A stretch of DNA of 50,310 nt, taken from IMG/VR virus record IMGVR_UViG_3300008807_000160, positions 1-50,310 of that record; one strand, 5' to 3'. The position numbers and the translations under genes were made by a program. The notes below the pieces were generated by a model. It ran no database searches, was not told where the DNA came from, and saw only the letters and a program-made list of their open reading frames with translations. Positions 15,846 to 24,284 of the stretch are shown piece after piece (the first letter of the stretch is position 1; each line of letters starts with the position of its first letter). Origin of the DNA: a virus.

Positions 15846-16274
15846 CTATTCCCCCTGGGTTGCTGATTGATGCGAAGGAAGCGGGGAAGCGGGCAGCCGC
15901 TTCATGCACCGAATGGCCTTGGCGGCGATCCGGATTACTTCCATATCCTCGTGAGCGGCAATCAGCCGGGCTAGGTGATATGCAGTATCTCGATCTAGCG
16001 GCTTATCGCGCCGAAATTTGACGGTCCTGAAGTGTGCCAGTTCTTCGCGAGCGCCGTAGTTTGATAGTGTGTAGTCGAGCAGCTTCCCGCACTTGTGGCA
16101 GTGCAGGCAGTGATCCTGTTCCGAGGGGCCGCCATATCCGTCAATTTCGCGGCCCTTGGCAACCACCGTCACGCATCGCAGACAGTAGGTTTCAGCTTCA
16201 TCGTCCATGATCCAGTATCCTGGCTCTGGATCAAGGTTGGCATATTGGTCGAACAGGTGCGCGAGTAAGCTCAT
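15846..16274 (-). CDS. Cys-rich hypothetical protein (142 aa)
   Basis: Contains C..C ... C..C..C (CLRC, CLHCHKC), a probable zinc-binding arrangement. Confidence 0.6.
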   Translation of the reverse strand: MSLLAHLFDQYANLDPEPGYWIMDDEAETYCLRCVTVVAKGREIDGYGGPSEQDHCLHCHKCGKLLDYTLSNYGAREELAHFRTVKFRRDKPLDRDTAYHLARLIAAHEDMEVIRIAAKAIRCMKRLPASPLPSHQSATQGE

Positions 16275-16831
16275 TGGCCACCCCGCTGGTGAGGGCGCGA
16301 AAGCGCGGACGCGTCAGGCATTGGCTGCCAGTGCGTCGGACGATTGTAGCCATCGGGTTCATGGTCAGTGTCGTCGAGCGTGCAGGTTTCCGCGCTCCAG
16401 CAGCCGACGCGCTCATTGTAGGTTACGGCTTCGACTTCCTTCCCGAGGCCGCCTCCAGTCGCCAGGATGCGCGTTCCGTCCTGCGGTGCCGTCTCGATGG
16501 GCTGCCACAATGACTGCGGTACTGCTCTGATGCCAGCGATCTCTTTCTGCCATGCGCGGAGCCAAAGGCGTGCTTCAGTCTTGACTGCTGCGGCCTCTGA
16601 GACCGTCAACAGGCCCATATCGTGCCGATACCACATGCAGGCAGAGCGGACCTGCTCGTCTGTCGGATTCCATGCTTCGCCGGTCCCGGCAGAGGAGCAT
16701 TGAGCCGCCTCCTTGGCGTTCCAGCCAGCGACATATCCCTGGCTGAAGCTGTTGAAGTTCGGCTTCTCCTCAACGACAGTGACGGTCTTTCGAAACTCGT
16801 CGAACGCCGCCTTGATCGTGTTGTAGGTCAT
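16271..16831 (-). CDS. Hypothetical protein with C-terminal DUF551-like domain (186 aa)
   Basis: The C-terminal LWQPIETAPQDGTRILA....THWQPMPD matches the DUF551-like pattern of 8633..8836 and 14561..14836. Confidence 0.6.
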   Translation of the reverse strand: MTYNTIKAAFDEFRKTVTVVEEKPNFNSFSQGYVAGWNAKEAAQCSSAGTGEAWNPTDEQVRSACMWYRHDMGLLTVSEAAAVKTEARLWLRAWQKEIAGIRAVPQSLWQPIETAPQDGTRILATGGGLGKEVEAVTYNERVGCWSAETCTLDDTDHEPDGYNRPTHWQPMPDASALSRPHQRGGQ

Positions 16832-17196
16832 GTGCGCCGTCTCGACCGGAGAGCAGCCGGCGGCTGGGCGGCGAGGGAAAGGATCGCGCTGGCCTTTTCA
16901 AGCGCCTCCCGCTGCCGGATATCTCGGCGCATCACATGAATATCGTTCCATGCCCGTGGATCGATGCAGCGCGCAATCTCTTCCGGAGCCAGAGGCAGCG
17001 CCGCTGCTTGGGCAGGATCGAGGATGCCATGACGCGACCGCATCAATTTGATGATGGTCCGCAATTCCGTTTCGTTGAAGTAGAACGCTACCGATTTAAT
17101 GCGAGGCAGAGTGCCGTGCTTTTCCGCCTCAGAGACTAGGGTTGCGAGATCAGCGGCGATACGTCGCGCAACTTCGTTGGAAAGAACGCTATCCAT
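16828..17196 (-). CDS. Hypothetical protein (122 aa)
   Basis: ORF-track ORF, 4-nt overlap downstream. Confidence 0.6.
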   Translation of the reverse strand: MDSVLSNEVARRIAADLATLVSEAEKHGTLPRIKSVAFYFNETELRTIIKLMRSRHGILDPAQAAALPLAPEEIARCIDPRAWNDIHVMRRDIRQREALEKASAILSLAAQPPAALRSRRRT

Positions 17197-17493
17197 TTAG
17201 ATGTCCTCCCGCGTGGCTTCGTCGGAGGCATCCCAGCCGTTCTTGCCGATCTCCCATCGCTCTGAAAAATTACCGGCCCCTTGCGGCGTCCCGCTGGGTG
17301 AACCTGTCAATTCAGGTTTGGTGGTGCGGCCGTTTCCGGTCCCGTCCCCGGTTGTCTCTGTTGCGTTCCCTGCTGACCCGGTATTGGGCCAGTTGCTACC
17401 CGGCAACAGCCCGGCCAAGTGGGTTTTCTTGCGGAGGCAGAGATTGGCCGCACACGCGTCTGGCACAAAGCCGCATTCGCAGGTGTCAGACAT
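17197..17493 (-). CDS. Low-complexity Gly/Thr-rich protein with N-terminal Cys cluster (98 aa)
   Basis: MSDTCECGFVPDACAANLC is followed by a G/T/N/S-rich stretch. Confidence 0.45.
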   Translation of the reverse strand: MSDTCECGFVPDACAANLCLRKKTHLAGLLPGSNWPNTGSAGNATETTGDGTGNGRTTKPELTGSPSGTPQGAGNFSERWEIGKNGWDASDEATREDI

Positions 17494-17815
17494 CGGCCGG
17501 CCTCCGTGAAAACCATTCGGTTTGATCGGGGCCGATGACCGAATAGCTCTGCTGAAAAAGTTGATGCATCAGGCTCTCCGCGAGCGCTAATGCTCGTTCA
17601 CGCAACGCCTCGTGCGTGGTCGGAAAGCGAGGGTAGTTGATCAGACCGATGCGGAAGCCAGCTTCCTCACCGCCTGTGTAGATGAAGGTGACGGGCTCTA
17701 CGGTGACACACAGGCCAACGGAGAAGCAGAAATCACGGCATACCTGCTTGGCCTGCGCGATGTCGCCGGCCATGAAGATATCGAATCTGATGGTTTCAGC
17801 GGTCCTGTTGATCAT
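17486..17815 (-). CDS. Hypothetical protein (109 aa) coupled to the PAPS-reductase-like gene
   Basis: 4-nt overlap with the upstream gene; no motif recognised. Confidence 0.6.
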   Translation of the reverse strand: MINRTAETIRFDIFMAGDIAQAKQVCRDFCFSVGLCVTVEPVTFIYTGGEEAGFRIGLINYPRFPTTHEALRERALALAESLMHQLFQQSYSVIGPDQTEWFSRRPADV

Positions 17816-18624
17816 TCTGCGGCCTCGGCGATCTCAAGTTCAGCGGTGTGGCACATCACGGAGCACTCGATATTCGGCTCCGTTCGGATGTCGCCGCGAT
17901 CGGGATGCAAGCCATCAAGGCCGAACCGCGTCTCATCCTTTTCCCGAAAGAAGAATGATCCAGGCCCGAGGTGCCTCTGCAAAGCCGCCATGCGTTCAAA
18001 TTGCTCCGGAAAGTGCTTCCGGATCATATTCCAGTAGCCCATGCCGCCTTTCGGGCAGCCAATGCAGTTGTTGTTCTGGAAGCCGAGTTTATACATTGCA
18101 GGCAGCTCAATGCCGGCGCGCGCGATCATGGCTAGACAATCGGCCTTCGTCAGGCTGGCGTCGATCAGGGGCGTCTCGATCGCTCTCTCGAAGTTCTGCT
18201 TCCGCAGATTAGCAGCGCGAACTTGGTCCGGTTTGTCGGCGGTGTAGCCGAAAACCATGATGTCGGTGGGGCGCTCGAACGCAAAATGAGGCTCGCGCTT
18301 GAGAGCACCAGTGCACGGCGCGCCACGCTTCGAGGTGATGAAGCGCTCCTTTTCCCAAACGTGCCATGTATCCTTGAACCTGTCCGACTTGAAAACCTGC
18401 ACTTGTTTTCCGAACCAGCGCTCACAGTCTGCGCGGAAACGAAGATTGTCCGGATGCTCCGAGCCGGTGTCGGAATATGTGATCACAACGCGGTCGATGC
18501 CATATTTCGCGATTGCGAGCTTTGTAGCCACTGCGGAGGCCGCGCCGCATGAGAAGCGGCACACCACGCGCGGCTCACTTTCACTCTCAGCGGAGCCGTC
18601 GTGAACCCCCGTCATTGCCGCCAC
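17812..18624 (-). CDS. PAPS-reductase-like (adenine-nucleotide alpha-hydrolase) protein
   Basis: 270 aa. PP-loop-like RFSCGAASAV, overall PAPS-reductase-family appearance, and a C-terminal Cys pair NNNCIGCPKG. Confidence 0.65.
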   Translation of the reverse strand: MAAMTGVHDGSAESESEPRVVCRFSCGAASAVATKLAIAKYGIDRVVITYSDTGSEHPDNLRFRADCERWFGKQVQVFKSDRFKDTWHVWEKERFITSKRGAPCTGALKREPHFAFERPTDIMVFGYTADKPDQVRAANLRKQNFERAIETPLIDASLTKADCLAMIARAGIELPAMYKLGFQNNNCIGCPKGGMGYWNMIRKHFPEQFERMAALQRHLGPGSFFFREKDETRFGLDGLHPDRGDIRTEPNIECSVMCHTAELEIAEAAE

Positions 18625-18821
18625 TCCGGCCGCGCGCCGATCTCATCTGGCGCCTCGTTCACGCAGAGATAGGCCGGCTCGTCCTGAAGGACGGCTGCAA
18701 ACGTCAGAACCGATCCATTCGCTCCGTCCGTCGCGATGTAACAAACCTGGCTCATGTTGACGTAGACGTCGCGCTCCGCGTCGCCCTTGCCTTGCCTGAA
18801 CTTCATAAAGAACGGCTTCAT
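18612..18821 (-). CDS. Hypothetical protein (69 aa)
   Basis: ORF-track ORF. Confidence 0.5.
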   Translation of the reverse strand: MKPFFMKFRQGKGDAERDVYVNMSQVCYIATDGANGSVLTFAAVLQDEPAYLCVNEAPDEIGARPEWRQ

Positions 18822-18856
18822 GCTTCACCCGTTGAATGGTTCGGAGAGGTGACTGG

Positions 18857-19252
18857 TTATGCCGCCGCTCGAAAGAGCGGCACGCCTTGGATTACGGGCG
18901 TGTAGTCACGGGCCATCCTAACGAAGTCGGTCGCCTGCTCATAAGGCGACTTATCCTCATCGGATCCGTCAATCGCGCGGAGCGCCAATTCGTTGAAGTG
19001 ACGATTGATGTCCGGATAGTTGAACCCGCGCTCTCCGTTGATGCGGCCAAGCTCGCGATAGTAGAAATCGAACCATTCTCCGATCCGCTTGTTGCGGAGG
19101 GTGAGAGGGCGCAGCCTGTCACTGAGATACCCAAACGTGCTGCATACGCCGTCCGAAACCTCGATCGATCCGCTTTCGCTGATTTCTTTGATCTGGAAAA
19201 TACCGCGGTCGAAAACGGCCCAATCTCCAACCTTCCAAGTTACTTCCGACAT
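18857..19252 (-). CDS. Hypothetical protein (131 aa)
   Basis: ORF-track ORF. Confidence 0.6.
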   Translation of the reverse strand: MSEVTWKVGDWAVFDRGIFQIKEISESGSIEVSDGVCSTFGYLSDRLRPLTLRNKRIGEWFDFYYRELGRINGERGFNYPDINRHFNELALRAIDGSDEDKSPYEQATDFVRMARDYTPVIQGVPLFRAAA

Positions 19253-19278
19253 AGAAATTCCCCTTTGTTTGTAGTGGT

Positions 19279-20091
19279 TCAGAGCACTGGCGATGAGAGC
19301 GCGTACCTGGTCATGATCGCGCGTCCGATGATTTCTGGGATTTGCGGGAGAAGAGTGTTTCCGAAGGCGCCCAAAGCACTCTCAGCCAGTCCCTTCGGTA
19401 ACCCATCATCCACTCGACTAAGGTCAGGAGGGCCGCCGTTCCAAGCTCGCCACTCGCTAAGTCGCGAAGCGATTTCCCCTCCTTGGACGGACGGTCTCCG
19501 CTCCGCGGCCCCTGGCTGCCCATTGATCGCGTCGGCGTCGGCAACAGCCAGCGCGTGATCTCGGTTTGGTTGATGCCGCGCGACCGGAGCCCACTGCACC
19601 GTCTTGGCGTTTGCGACAATCCAGACACGGTTTCGCCTGTGCGGCGCGCCGGCGTGCCAAGCACCCACCACGAGCGGCCTCGCGGTGTAGTCTGCCGCTT
19701 CCAAGTCATCGAGTACCCGGTCAGCTCCGAGAGTTCGGAGGCCAGGAACATTCTCAGCGATGACCCAATCTGGTCGGAGTTCTCGAATGAGCCGAGCGAA
19801 TTCGTGCCAGAGACCACTTCGTTCGCCGTCGAGACCGGCGCCGCGGCCCGCTTGCGAAACGTCTTGGCAGGGGAAGCCGCCGGCGATGAGATCGACGGCA
19901 ATTCCATTGGCAGCAAGGCGCTGCGCGGTGAGAGATCGGACGTCATTGAAGATCGGAACCTCGGGCCAGTGATGGGCAAGGACGCGCCGGCAGAAATCGT
20001 TGGCCTCGCAGAACGCGACGGTTCGCATTCCGGCTCGTTCGAGCCCGAGGCTGAAGCCGCCAATTCCGCTGAAGAGGTCGAGGACATTCAT
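19279..20091 (-). CDS. DNA (cytosine-5)-methyltransferase
   Basis: Motif I DLFSGIGG, motif IV GFPCQDVS, motif VI ENVPGL. Start placed at ATG 20091; an alternative ATG at 20154 would overlap the upstream micro-ORF. Confidence 0.9.
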   Translation of the reverse strand: MNVLDLFSGIGGFSLGLERAGMRTVAFCEANDFCRRVLAHHWPEVPIFNDVRSLTAQRLAANGIAVDLIAGGFPCQDVSQAGRGAGLDGERSGLWHEFARLIRELRPDWVIAENVPGLRTLGADRVLDDLEAADYTARPLVVGAWHAGAPHRRNRVWIVANAKTVQWAPVARHQPNRDHALAVADADAINGQPGAAERRPSVQGGEIASRLSEWRAWNGGPPDLSRVDDGLPKGLAESALGAFGNTLLPQIPEIIGRAIMTRYALSSPVL

Positions 20092-20131
20092 CTTTTCTTT
20101 CAATGCATCAATGGTGTCGTAGCGAGAACTG

Positions 20132-20260
20132 TTACGTCCCCAGCCCCATCGCATTTCCGAGCCACGTCACGACTGTGATCGCGCCGATCAAAAGCGGGAT
20201 GGCAATGATCAGTGCGAGAAAATAGATAATCAGAATGGCAGGCGTCATCAGTCCCCACAT
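20132..20260 (-). CDS. Micro membrane protein (42 aa)
   Basis: Not in the ORF track. GGGAGA SD. MWGLMTPAILIIYFLALIIAIPLLIGAITVVTWLG. Confidence 0.5.
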   Translation of the reverse strand: MWGLMTPAILIIYFLALIIAIPLLIGAITVVTWLGNAMGLGT

Positions 20261-20273
20261 GGACTATCTCCCT

Positions 20274-20396
20274 TCAAGACTTGAATACGCGCAGCAAAGC
20301 GCGGTATGCGAAATTCAAGATCGAAACGACGCCGACACAGAAGACGATCAAGATGATCGCGATGATAGTTTGGTTGATGACCGGCTGGCTGATCAT
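20274..20396 (-). CDS. Micro membrane protein (40 aa)
   Basis: Internal ATG of the track ORF 20274..20564. MISQPVINQTIIAIILIVFCVGVVSILNF. ATGA overlap with the upstream micro-ORF. Confidence 0.5.
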   Translation of the reverse strand: MISQPVINQTIIAIILIVFCVGVVSILNFAYRALLRVFKS

Positions 20397-20503
20397 CGCA
20401 GCACCGCACAGACTGCGCCGATGAAGATCAACACGACTCCAACAGCCCATGTCGGCGGGCCGAACAGAAGCATCACGCCCAGGAAGATGATGACGAGGGG
20501 CAT
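20393..20503 (-). CDS. Micro membrane protein (36 aa)
   Basis: Not in the ORF track. MPLVIIFLGVMLLFGPPTWAVGVVLIFIGAVCAVLR. TAATG overlap with the HNH gene stop. Confidence 0.5.
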   Translation of the reverse strand: MPLVIIFLGVMLLFGPPTWAVGVVLIFIGAVCAVLR

Positions 20504-20898
20504 TAGAAGCCTCTCCATTTCTCGATCGGAGCCGACGCCTTCCGCTGCGGCGCCGCTTTCTCAAAGCCTCTGCTCTGAATTTTTGCGCGCGGCGTTGGCT
20601 TGAGGTGGTAGGTCTGCTTCAGCACGCGATCGGCCTTCTGCATGCGCGGGTTGTCCTCGGTGAACGTCTTCTTGTCGGCGCACACATCACACCAGATGCC
20701 GCAGTTCTCAATCGTCGGCTCGCCGCCCAGGCCATCCGGCTGCAAGTGCTCGTAGCGCAGGTGGCCGGCACGAATGACCTTGCCGCACCCAGGTGCCTCG
20801 CACTTCGGTATGCCGTCTGGCTTGCAGGCGCGCGCGAAAGCGGCCTTCTTGACGGATAGCGGGAATTCGGTTCGGGCGAGACCGCGGAGCTTGCTCAT
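20503..20898 (-). CDS. HNH endonuclease
   Basis: CEAPGCGK...RYEHLQPDGLGGEPTIENCGIWCDVCADKKT (His-Me finger with flanking Cys pairs). Confidence 0.8.
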   Translation of the reverse strand: MSKLRGLARTEFPLSVKKAAFARACKPDGIPKCEAPGCGKVIRAGHLRYEHLQPDGLGGEPTIENCGIWCDVCADKKTFTEDNPRMQKADRVLKQTYHLKPTPRAKIQSRGFEKAAPQRKASAPIEKWRGF

Positions 20899-20916
20899 GC
20901 TGCGAACTCCCTACGC

Positions 20917-20990
20917 GGGGACGACGCAGGCATCACCACTGCGTCGTCCCCACTGGTGCCGAGCAAGGGGCAGGGGGGAAAGCTCGGCAC
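20917..20990 (-). promoter_or_regulatory. Two adjacent perfect hairpins in the NinB-HNH intergenic region
   Basis: Hairpin A is a 12-bp stem (20917-20928 with 20940-20951). Hairpin B is a 9-bp stem (20956-20964 with 20982-20990). On the transcript, hairpin B has a 17-nt loop reading UUUCCCCCCUGCCCCUU. Neither is followed by a U-tract. Confidence 0.45.
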
Positions 20991-21001
20991 GTTCGAATTG
21001 G

Positions 21002-21418
21002 TCAACATGCTTGTTCAAGCTCCTCTTGGTCGTGGAACTTGATGCCGTTCTCCGCGCCCCAGGCTTCGATCCAGTCCATCAGCTCGGTCATTTCCTGAAC
21101 TGACAAATCGGATGACGAGCGGCCGCACGGGATCATGCCGGCGCGATTGAGAGCCGGAAGGTGACGGATCTCGAGACCGCGCTCCTCCGCATAAGCGGTC
21201 ATGAACATGGTCTTCCAATCCTCCGTGTTGAAGCGGCGGCCGTTGATGCGGCCCTGCACGGCGCAATCCGTGAGCATGGCCCAGAACCTGGAGTTCTGAT
21301 CCAGTGAGCGAGCCGGTCCCTTGAACTCCACGCGGCTCCCAGTCTTCGCCTTGCGAATCCAGTCGATCGCCTGTTCGCGCTTGGCGGTGCTGTCGAGGGT
21401 GAGGAGGGCTCGGCTCAT
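21002..21418 (-). CDS. ninB: NinB/Orf-family recombination protein
   Basis: 138 aa from ATG 21418. Pattern RSLDQNSRFWAMLTD..EDWK..GRSSSDLSVQEMTELMDWIEAWGAENG resembles lambda NinB. Confidence 0.75.
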   Translation of the reverse strand: MSRALLTLDSTAKREQAIDWIRKAKTGSRVEFKGPARSLDQNSRFWAMLTDCAVQGRINGRRFNTEDWKTMFMTAYAEERGLEIRHLPALNRAGMIPCGRSSSDLSVQEMTELMDWIEAWGAENGIKFHDQEELEQAC

Positions 21419-22053
21419 CACGCGGCTTCCTTCTCGCCGTAGACGCGGTTCAGCTCGGCCAGCTTCACGGCCATCTCGAGCAGGAAGCCGGCAACCTCCG
21501 TTTCCAGAAAGTCGATTCTCTTGTCGTCGCGCTCGACGCGGCGCACGAACAGCCGCATGTGCTCTGGCATCCTCGGATCGTAGGAAACGAAATCGCACCA
21601 CTGCCGCCCGGTGCACGCCATCTGGAACTGCATCTGATCCGCATATTTGGCGGGAACGGCTTGGCCGAGCAGTGTCTCGAGATGCGTTGCAGTGTTCGGA
21701 CACTTGATCTCGACCAAGCCGTCAGCGCCGACCAGGCCATCGGGGCTGGCACCAGCCTGGTCAATCTTCGGATGGGGCACGAACGCAACCTGCTCGACCG
21801 CGGCGCCCTGATAGAACTCATAAGCGGCGCGAGCCTCCGGCTCGGTATCGACTCCGTGCTGCATGGCGGCGTTCGTGTAGGTCTCGGCCGGCGTGCCGGT
21901 CAGGCGTTCGGCGATGAGTTGAGCCAAATAGTTGGCGCGCGAGGCCGAATATCCGGTCTTGGTGCGGGCGACGACATCAGCAACGCGGGAAGCCGTGACG
22001 CGTCCGCAGCGCAATGCCTTCCACTCGGGCGATCCCTGAATAATCTCGGTCAT
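21418..22053 (-). CDS. YqaJ/lambda-Exo-like recombination exonuclease
   Basis: GSPEW..RVTAS and the PD-(D/E)XK core SPDGL...GLVEIKCP. Confidence 0.8.
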   Translation of the reverse strand: MTEIIQGSPEWKALRCGRVTASRVADVVARTKTGYSASRANYLAQLIAERLTGTPAETYTNAAMQHGVDTEPEARAAYEFYQGAAVEQVAFVPHPKIDQAGASPDGLVGADGLVEIKCPNTATHLETLLGQAVPAKYADQMQFQMACTGRQWCDFVSYDPRMPEHMRLFVRRVERDDKRIDFLETEVAGFLLEMAVKLAELNRVYGEKEAA

Positions 22054-22055
22054 GG

Positions 22056-22811
22056 TTACGCCTTTCGCTTCTTGTTGAGCGCCGCAATGGCGCGGTCGAA
22101 GTCCTTGGCCTTGAGCTGTGCGATGCCATCAACCTTGAAGTATCGGCAGAAGGCTTCCTTATCGGCCTCGACCTCGTCGGCGAGAGTTAGCAACTGTTCG
22201 ACCTGCTCAAGGCTGATCGTGCCGGTGGATTCTGCTTCCTTGCCGTCGTCATCCTCTGAGGCGGCCAGACCAAGCGCGGCCTTGAGGGTCATCCGCTGCA
22301 AGTAGGTGAGGGTAGAGGCGACGGCCTGGATGCTGTTCTTGTTGCCGCTCTCGTCTCGACCGCCGAGCAGGGTCACTTCCTCGAAATGGCCGGCGCGATG
22401 CGAGACGATGCACGTCACCGTGACCGGCTCGTTGATGTTGGAGGTCACGCGGTAGCGGTAGGACAGGCCGTGCCGTGCGAGGATCGGGGAGACCACGCGG
22501 GCGATCTCGGCCAAGTCCTCGTATTTGTAGTGGGTGCGGCCCTTGGAGGAGGTGAAGTCAACCTCCCGGTTCTTGCTGATCACCGGGATTTCAGCCTTCG
22601 CAGCAGCCATGGCTTCATCGAACGCGGCGCGCTTCTGCTCCGCGACGATCTCTTTGCGCCAGCTCATGAGCTGCATCATCTTGTCCATGTTGACGCCCGG
22701 ATCGCGGGCGACGCGCTCGATCATACCGAGCACGGCGGCGCCTTCGGACTGGACAGGCAGTTGTGAAGTAGGGCCTTCGATCTGGCGGACGTTCTCAGCG
22801 GGCAGGGACAT
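22056..22811 (-). CDS. erf: ERF-family single-strand annealing protein
   Basis: [10 protein letters not shown]...HGLSYRY...[24 protein letters not shown]; acidic C-terminal tail. Confidence 0.75.
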   Translation of the reverse strand: MSLPAENVRQIEGPTSQLPVQSEGAAVLGMIERVARDPGVNMDKMMQLMSWRKEIVAEQKRAAFDEAMAAAKAEIPVISKNREVDFTSSKGRTHYKYEDLAEIARVVSPILARHGLSYRYRVTSNINEPVTVTCIVSHRAGHFEEVTLLGGRDESGNKNSIQAVASTLTYLQRMTLKAALGLAASEDDDGKEAESTGTISLEQVEQLLTLADEVEADKEAFCRYFKVDGIAQLKAKDFDRAIAALNKKRKA

Positions 22812-23490
22812 TTACGATCTCCTTTGAAATTCGGGCGGCTTCGGCAAGGTAAGCTTGGTGCGCCTGCTCAGGCGTATCGAAGAGGCCGATGTGCCAGCGC
22901 TTGCCTCTGAAGCCGATCTGAGCTGCGAATTTATCGCCTTTGCGGGTCACTCCTTTGAAGCCGGTCGCGCTTGTGCTGTAGAGGCGACGACTTGCCGGCG
23001 TCTCAGCACGACGAGCACGCTTATTCTTTCCCTGCTCCTCGCGAGTAGCCCATTTGCAATTCCAAGGGGCGTAGGGTCCATCGTTGTCCTTGCGCTCGAT
23101 GGTCATTCCGCGCGGGCGCGGCCCCATATCTTCAAGGAAGTCCGCAAACGAGTTCATCCACCTTTCGCAAACTTCGATGCCGCGACCGCCATAATTGGCG
23201 AAAGCTACATGCTTTGGATTGATGCAGCGCTGCTTCATGCCAAGCCAAACCTGATGCTCAGCGCTGCCGGTTTTTGAGTGCGTCCTAGCGCGCTCCCCTG
23301 CTGTGTCCGCGCGCAGGCAGCCGCAAGACTTCGTGGCGCCCGATCGCAGATGACCGGAAATAATCGGCAACTCCGTTCCACATTCACACCGGCACAGCCA
23401 CAAGATTTGCTTGTGGCTATTCCGGTCTGGCATCTGAGACAAAGCGGTCAGACGCCCGAACGTTTGCCCTGTAAGGTCTATACGTCGCAC
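22795..23490 (-). CDS. AP2-domain DNA-binding protein with N-terminal Cys cluster
   Basis: C-terminal [38 protein letters not shown] (AP2 fold). N-terminal FGRLT...LCRCECG...CGC. Confidence 0.7.
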   Translation of the reverse strand: MRRIDLTGQTFGRLTALSQMPDRNSHKQILWLCRCECGTELPIISGHLRSGATKSCGCLRADTAGERARTHSKTGSAEHQVWLGMKQRCINPKHVAFANYGGRGIEVCERWMNSFADFLEDMGPRPRGMTIERKDNDGPYAPWNCKWATREEQGKNKRARRAETPASRRLYSTSATGFKGVTRKGDKFAAQIGFRGKRWHIGLFDTPEQAHQAYLAEAARISKEIVNVPAR

Positions 23491-23642
23491 CGCACCATCT
23501 CCTCAGCGACTGCGCTAAGCGCGCACTCAAAGGCTAAATCTTCGCGGATTTCATCGATCCGCTTGATGCGCTCGGCTGCCGGGAGCGGCCAGAGCAATTG
23601 CCATTGAGCGAGAAGCTGGTCGGCGACTTGCTGGTTCGTCAT
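23478..23642 (-). CDS. Hypothetical protein (54 aa)
   Basis: ATG 23642 (ATGA overlap with the upstream micro-ORF). Confidence 0.45.
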   Translation of the reverse strand: MTNQQVADQLLAQWQLLWPLPAAERIKRIDEIREDLAFECALSAVAEEMVRCDV

Positions 23643-23719
23643 CCGAGCACCTTTGCCCATACAGCGATCATCGATAGGAAGAGGCCGAGAGAGGCCAGCT
23701 CTGCGAGGGGGCGGATCAT
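23639..23719 (-). CDS. Micro membrane peptide (26 aa), tentative
   Basis: [38 protein letters not shown] overlaps on both sides. Confidence 0.35.
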   Translation of the reverse strand: MIRPLAELASLGLFLSMIAVWAKVLG

Positions 23720-23892
23720 GCTGCGTTCCTTGCTGCCTTGAGCGTCGAGCGCATGAAGAAGATTTCAGCCTCGATGCTCTGTTGGATTTCAGCGGCGAGC
23801 GTGATGCGCGCGGCCTCGGTGTCGAGCTCTGGCTCATCGGCCAAGAAGGCGATTGCGAGCTCGTAGCACTTGGGGTCGTAGGTCTTCGCCAT
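23716..23892 (-). CDS. Hypothetical protein (58 aa)
   Basis: Hand-translated as MAKTYDPKCYELAIAFLADEPELD...; GGGAGG SD. Confidence 0.5.
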   Translation of the reverse strand: MAKTYDPKCYELAIAFLADEPELDTEAARITLAAEIQQSIEAEIFFMRSTLKAARNAA

Positions 23893-24134
23893 CACACAGC
23901 CTCCCTGCGCAGGCTGACGATGTGGTCGGCGCGAGCGGCTTCGTGGTCGAATTCCTCTTCGTCGAGGTCGAGGCTCTCGACGAGGTCTGCAATCGCGGCG
24001 AGCCTGGAATGCCCGTAGCCACGCACCCGGCCGTCTTCGCGCTCGAGGTAGGCGCCGAACTGGCCGTTCGGGCAGAGGCCGGTGAAGACCGTCTCGTCGT
24101 TGGCCGGGAAGTAGTGCTTGCGAAGGTCTTGCAT
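23892..24134 (-). CDS. First gene of the leftward early operon (80 aa), hypothetical
   Basis: ATG 24134 with GGGGAA SD. The longer track ORF would start (TTG) inside operator O4. Confidence 0.55.
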   Translation of the reverse strand: MQDLRKHYFPANDETVFTGLCPNGQFGAYLEREDGRVRGYGHSRLAAIADLVESLDLDEEEFDHEAARADHIVSLRREAV

Positions 24135-24168
24135 ATCGTTTCCCCGTCTCGATCTGATGGGGAGCACG

Positions 24169-24183
24169 TTACCAAATCGGCAA
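24169..24183. promoter_or_regulatory. Operator-like site O3 (TTACCAAATCGGCAA)
   Basis: One of four 15-mers matching TTRYC-AAAYC-GRCAA. Lies upstream of the leftward early operon. Confidence 0.6.
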
Positions 24184-24202
24184 CAGAACGCAAGAGGAAA
24201 TG

Positions 24203-24217
24203 TTGTCAAATCGACAA
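24203..24217. promoter_or_regulatory. Operator-like site O4 (TTGTCAAATCGACAA)
   Basis: Perfect half-site palindrome TTGTC/GACAA. Overlaps a minus-strand TTGACA (-35-like) at 24204-24209. Confidence 0.6.
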
Positions 24218-24232
24218 CAAAAATTCAGGCGC

Positions 24233-24259
24233 AGAAAAACCCGCTGGAATCAGCGGGTT
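24233..24259 (-). terminator. Rho-independent terminator after the repressor-lipoprotein transcription unit
   Basis: The minus-strand RNA reads ACCCGCUG-AUUC-CAGCGGGU followed by UUUUCU. Confidence 0.75.
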
Positions 24260-24284
24260 ATGGTCTTGGCCGGATCGCGCTGTC

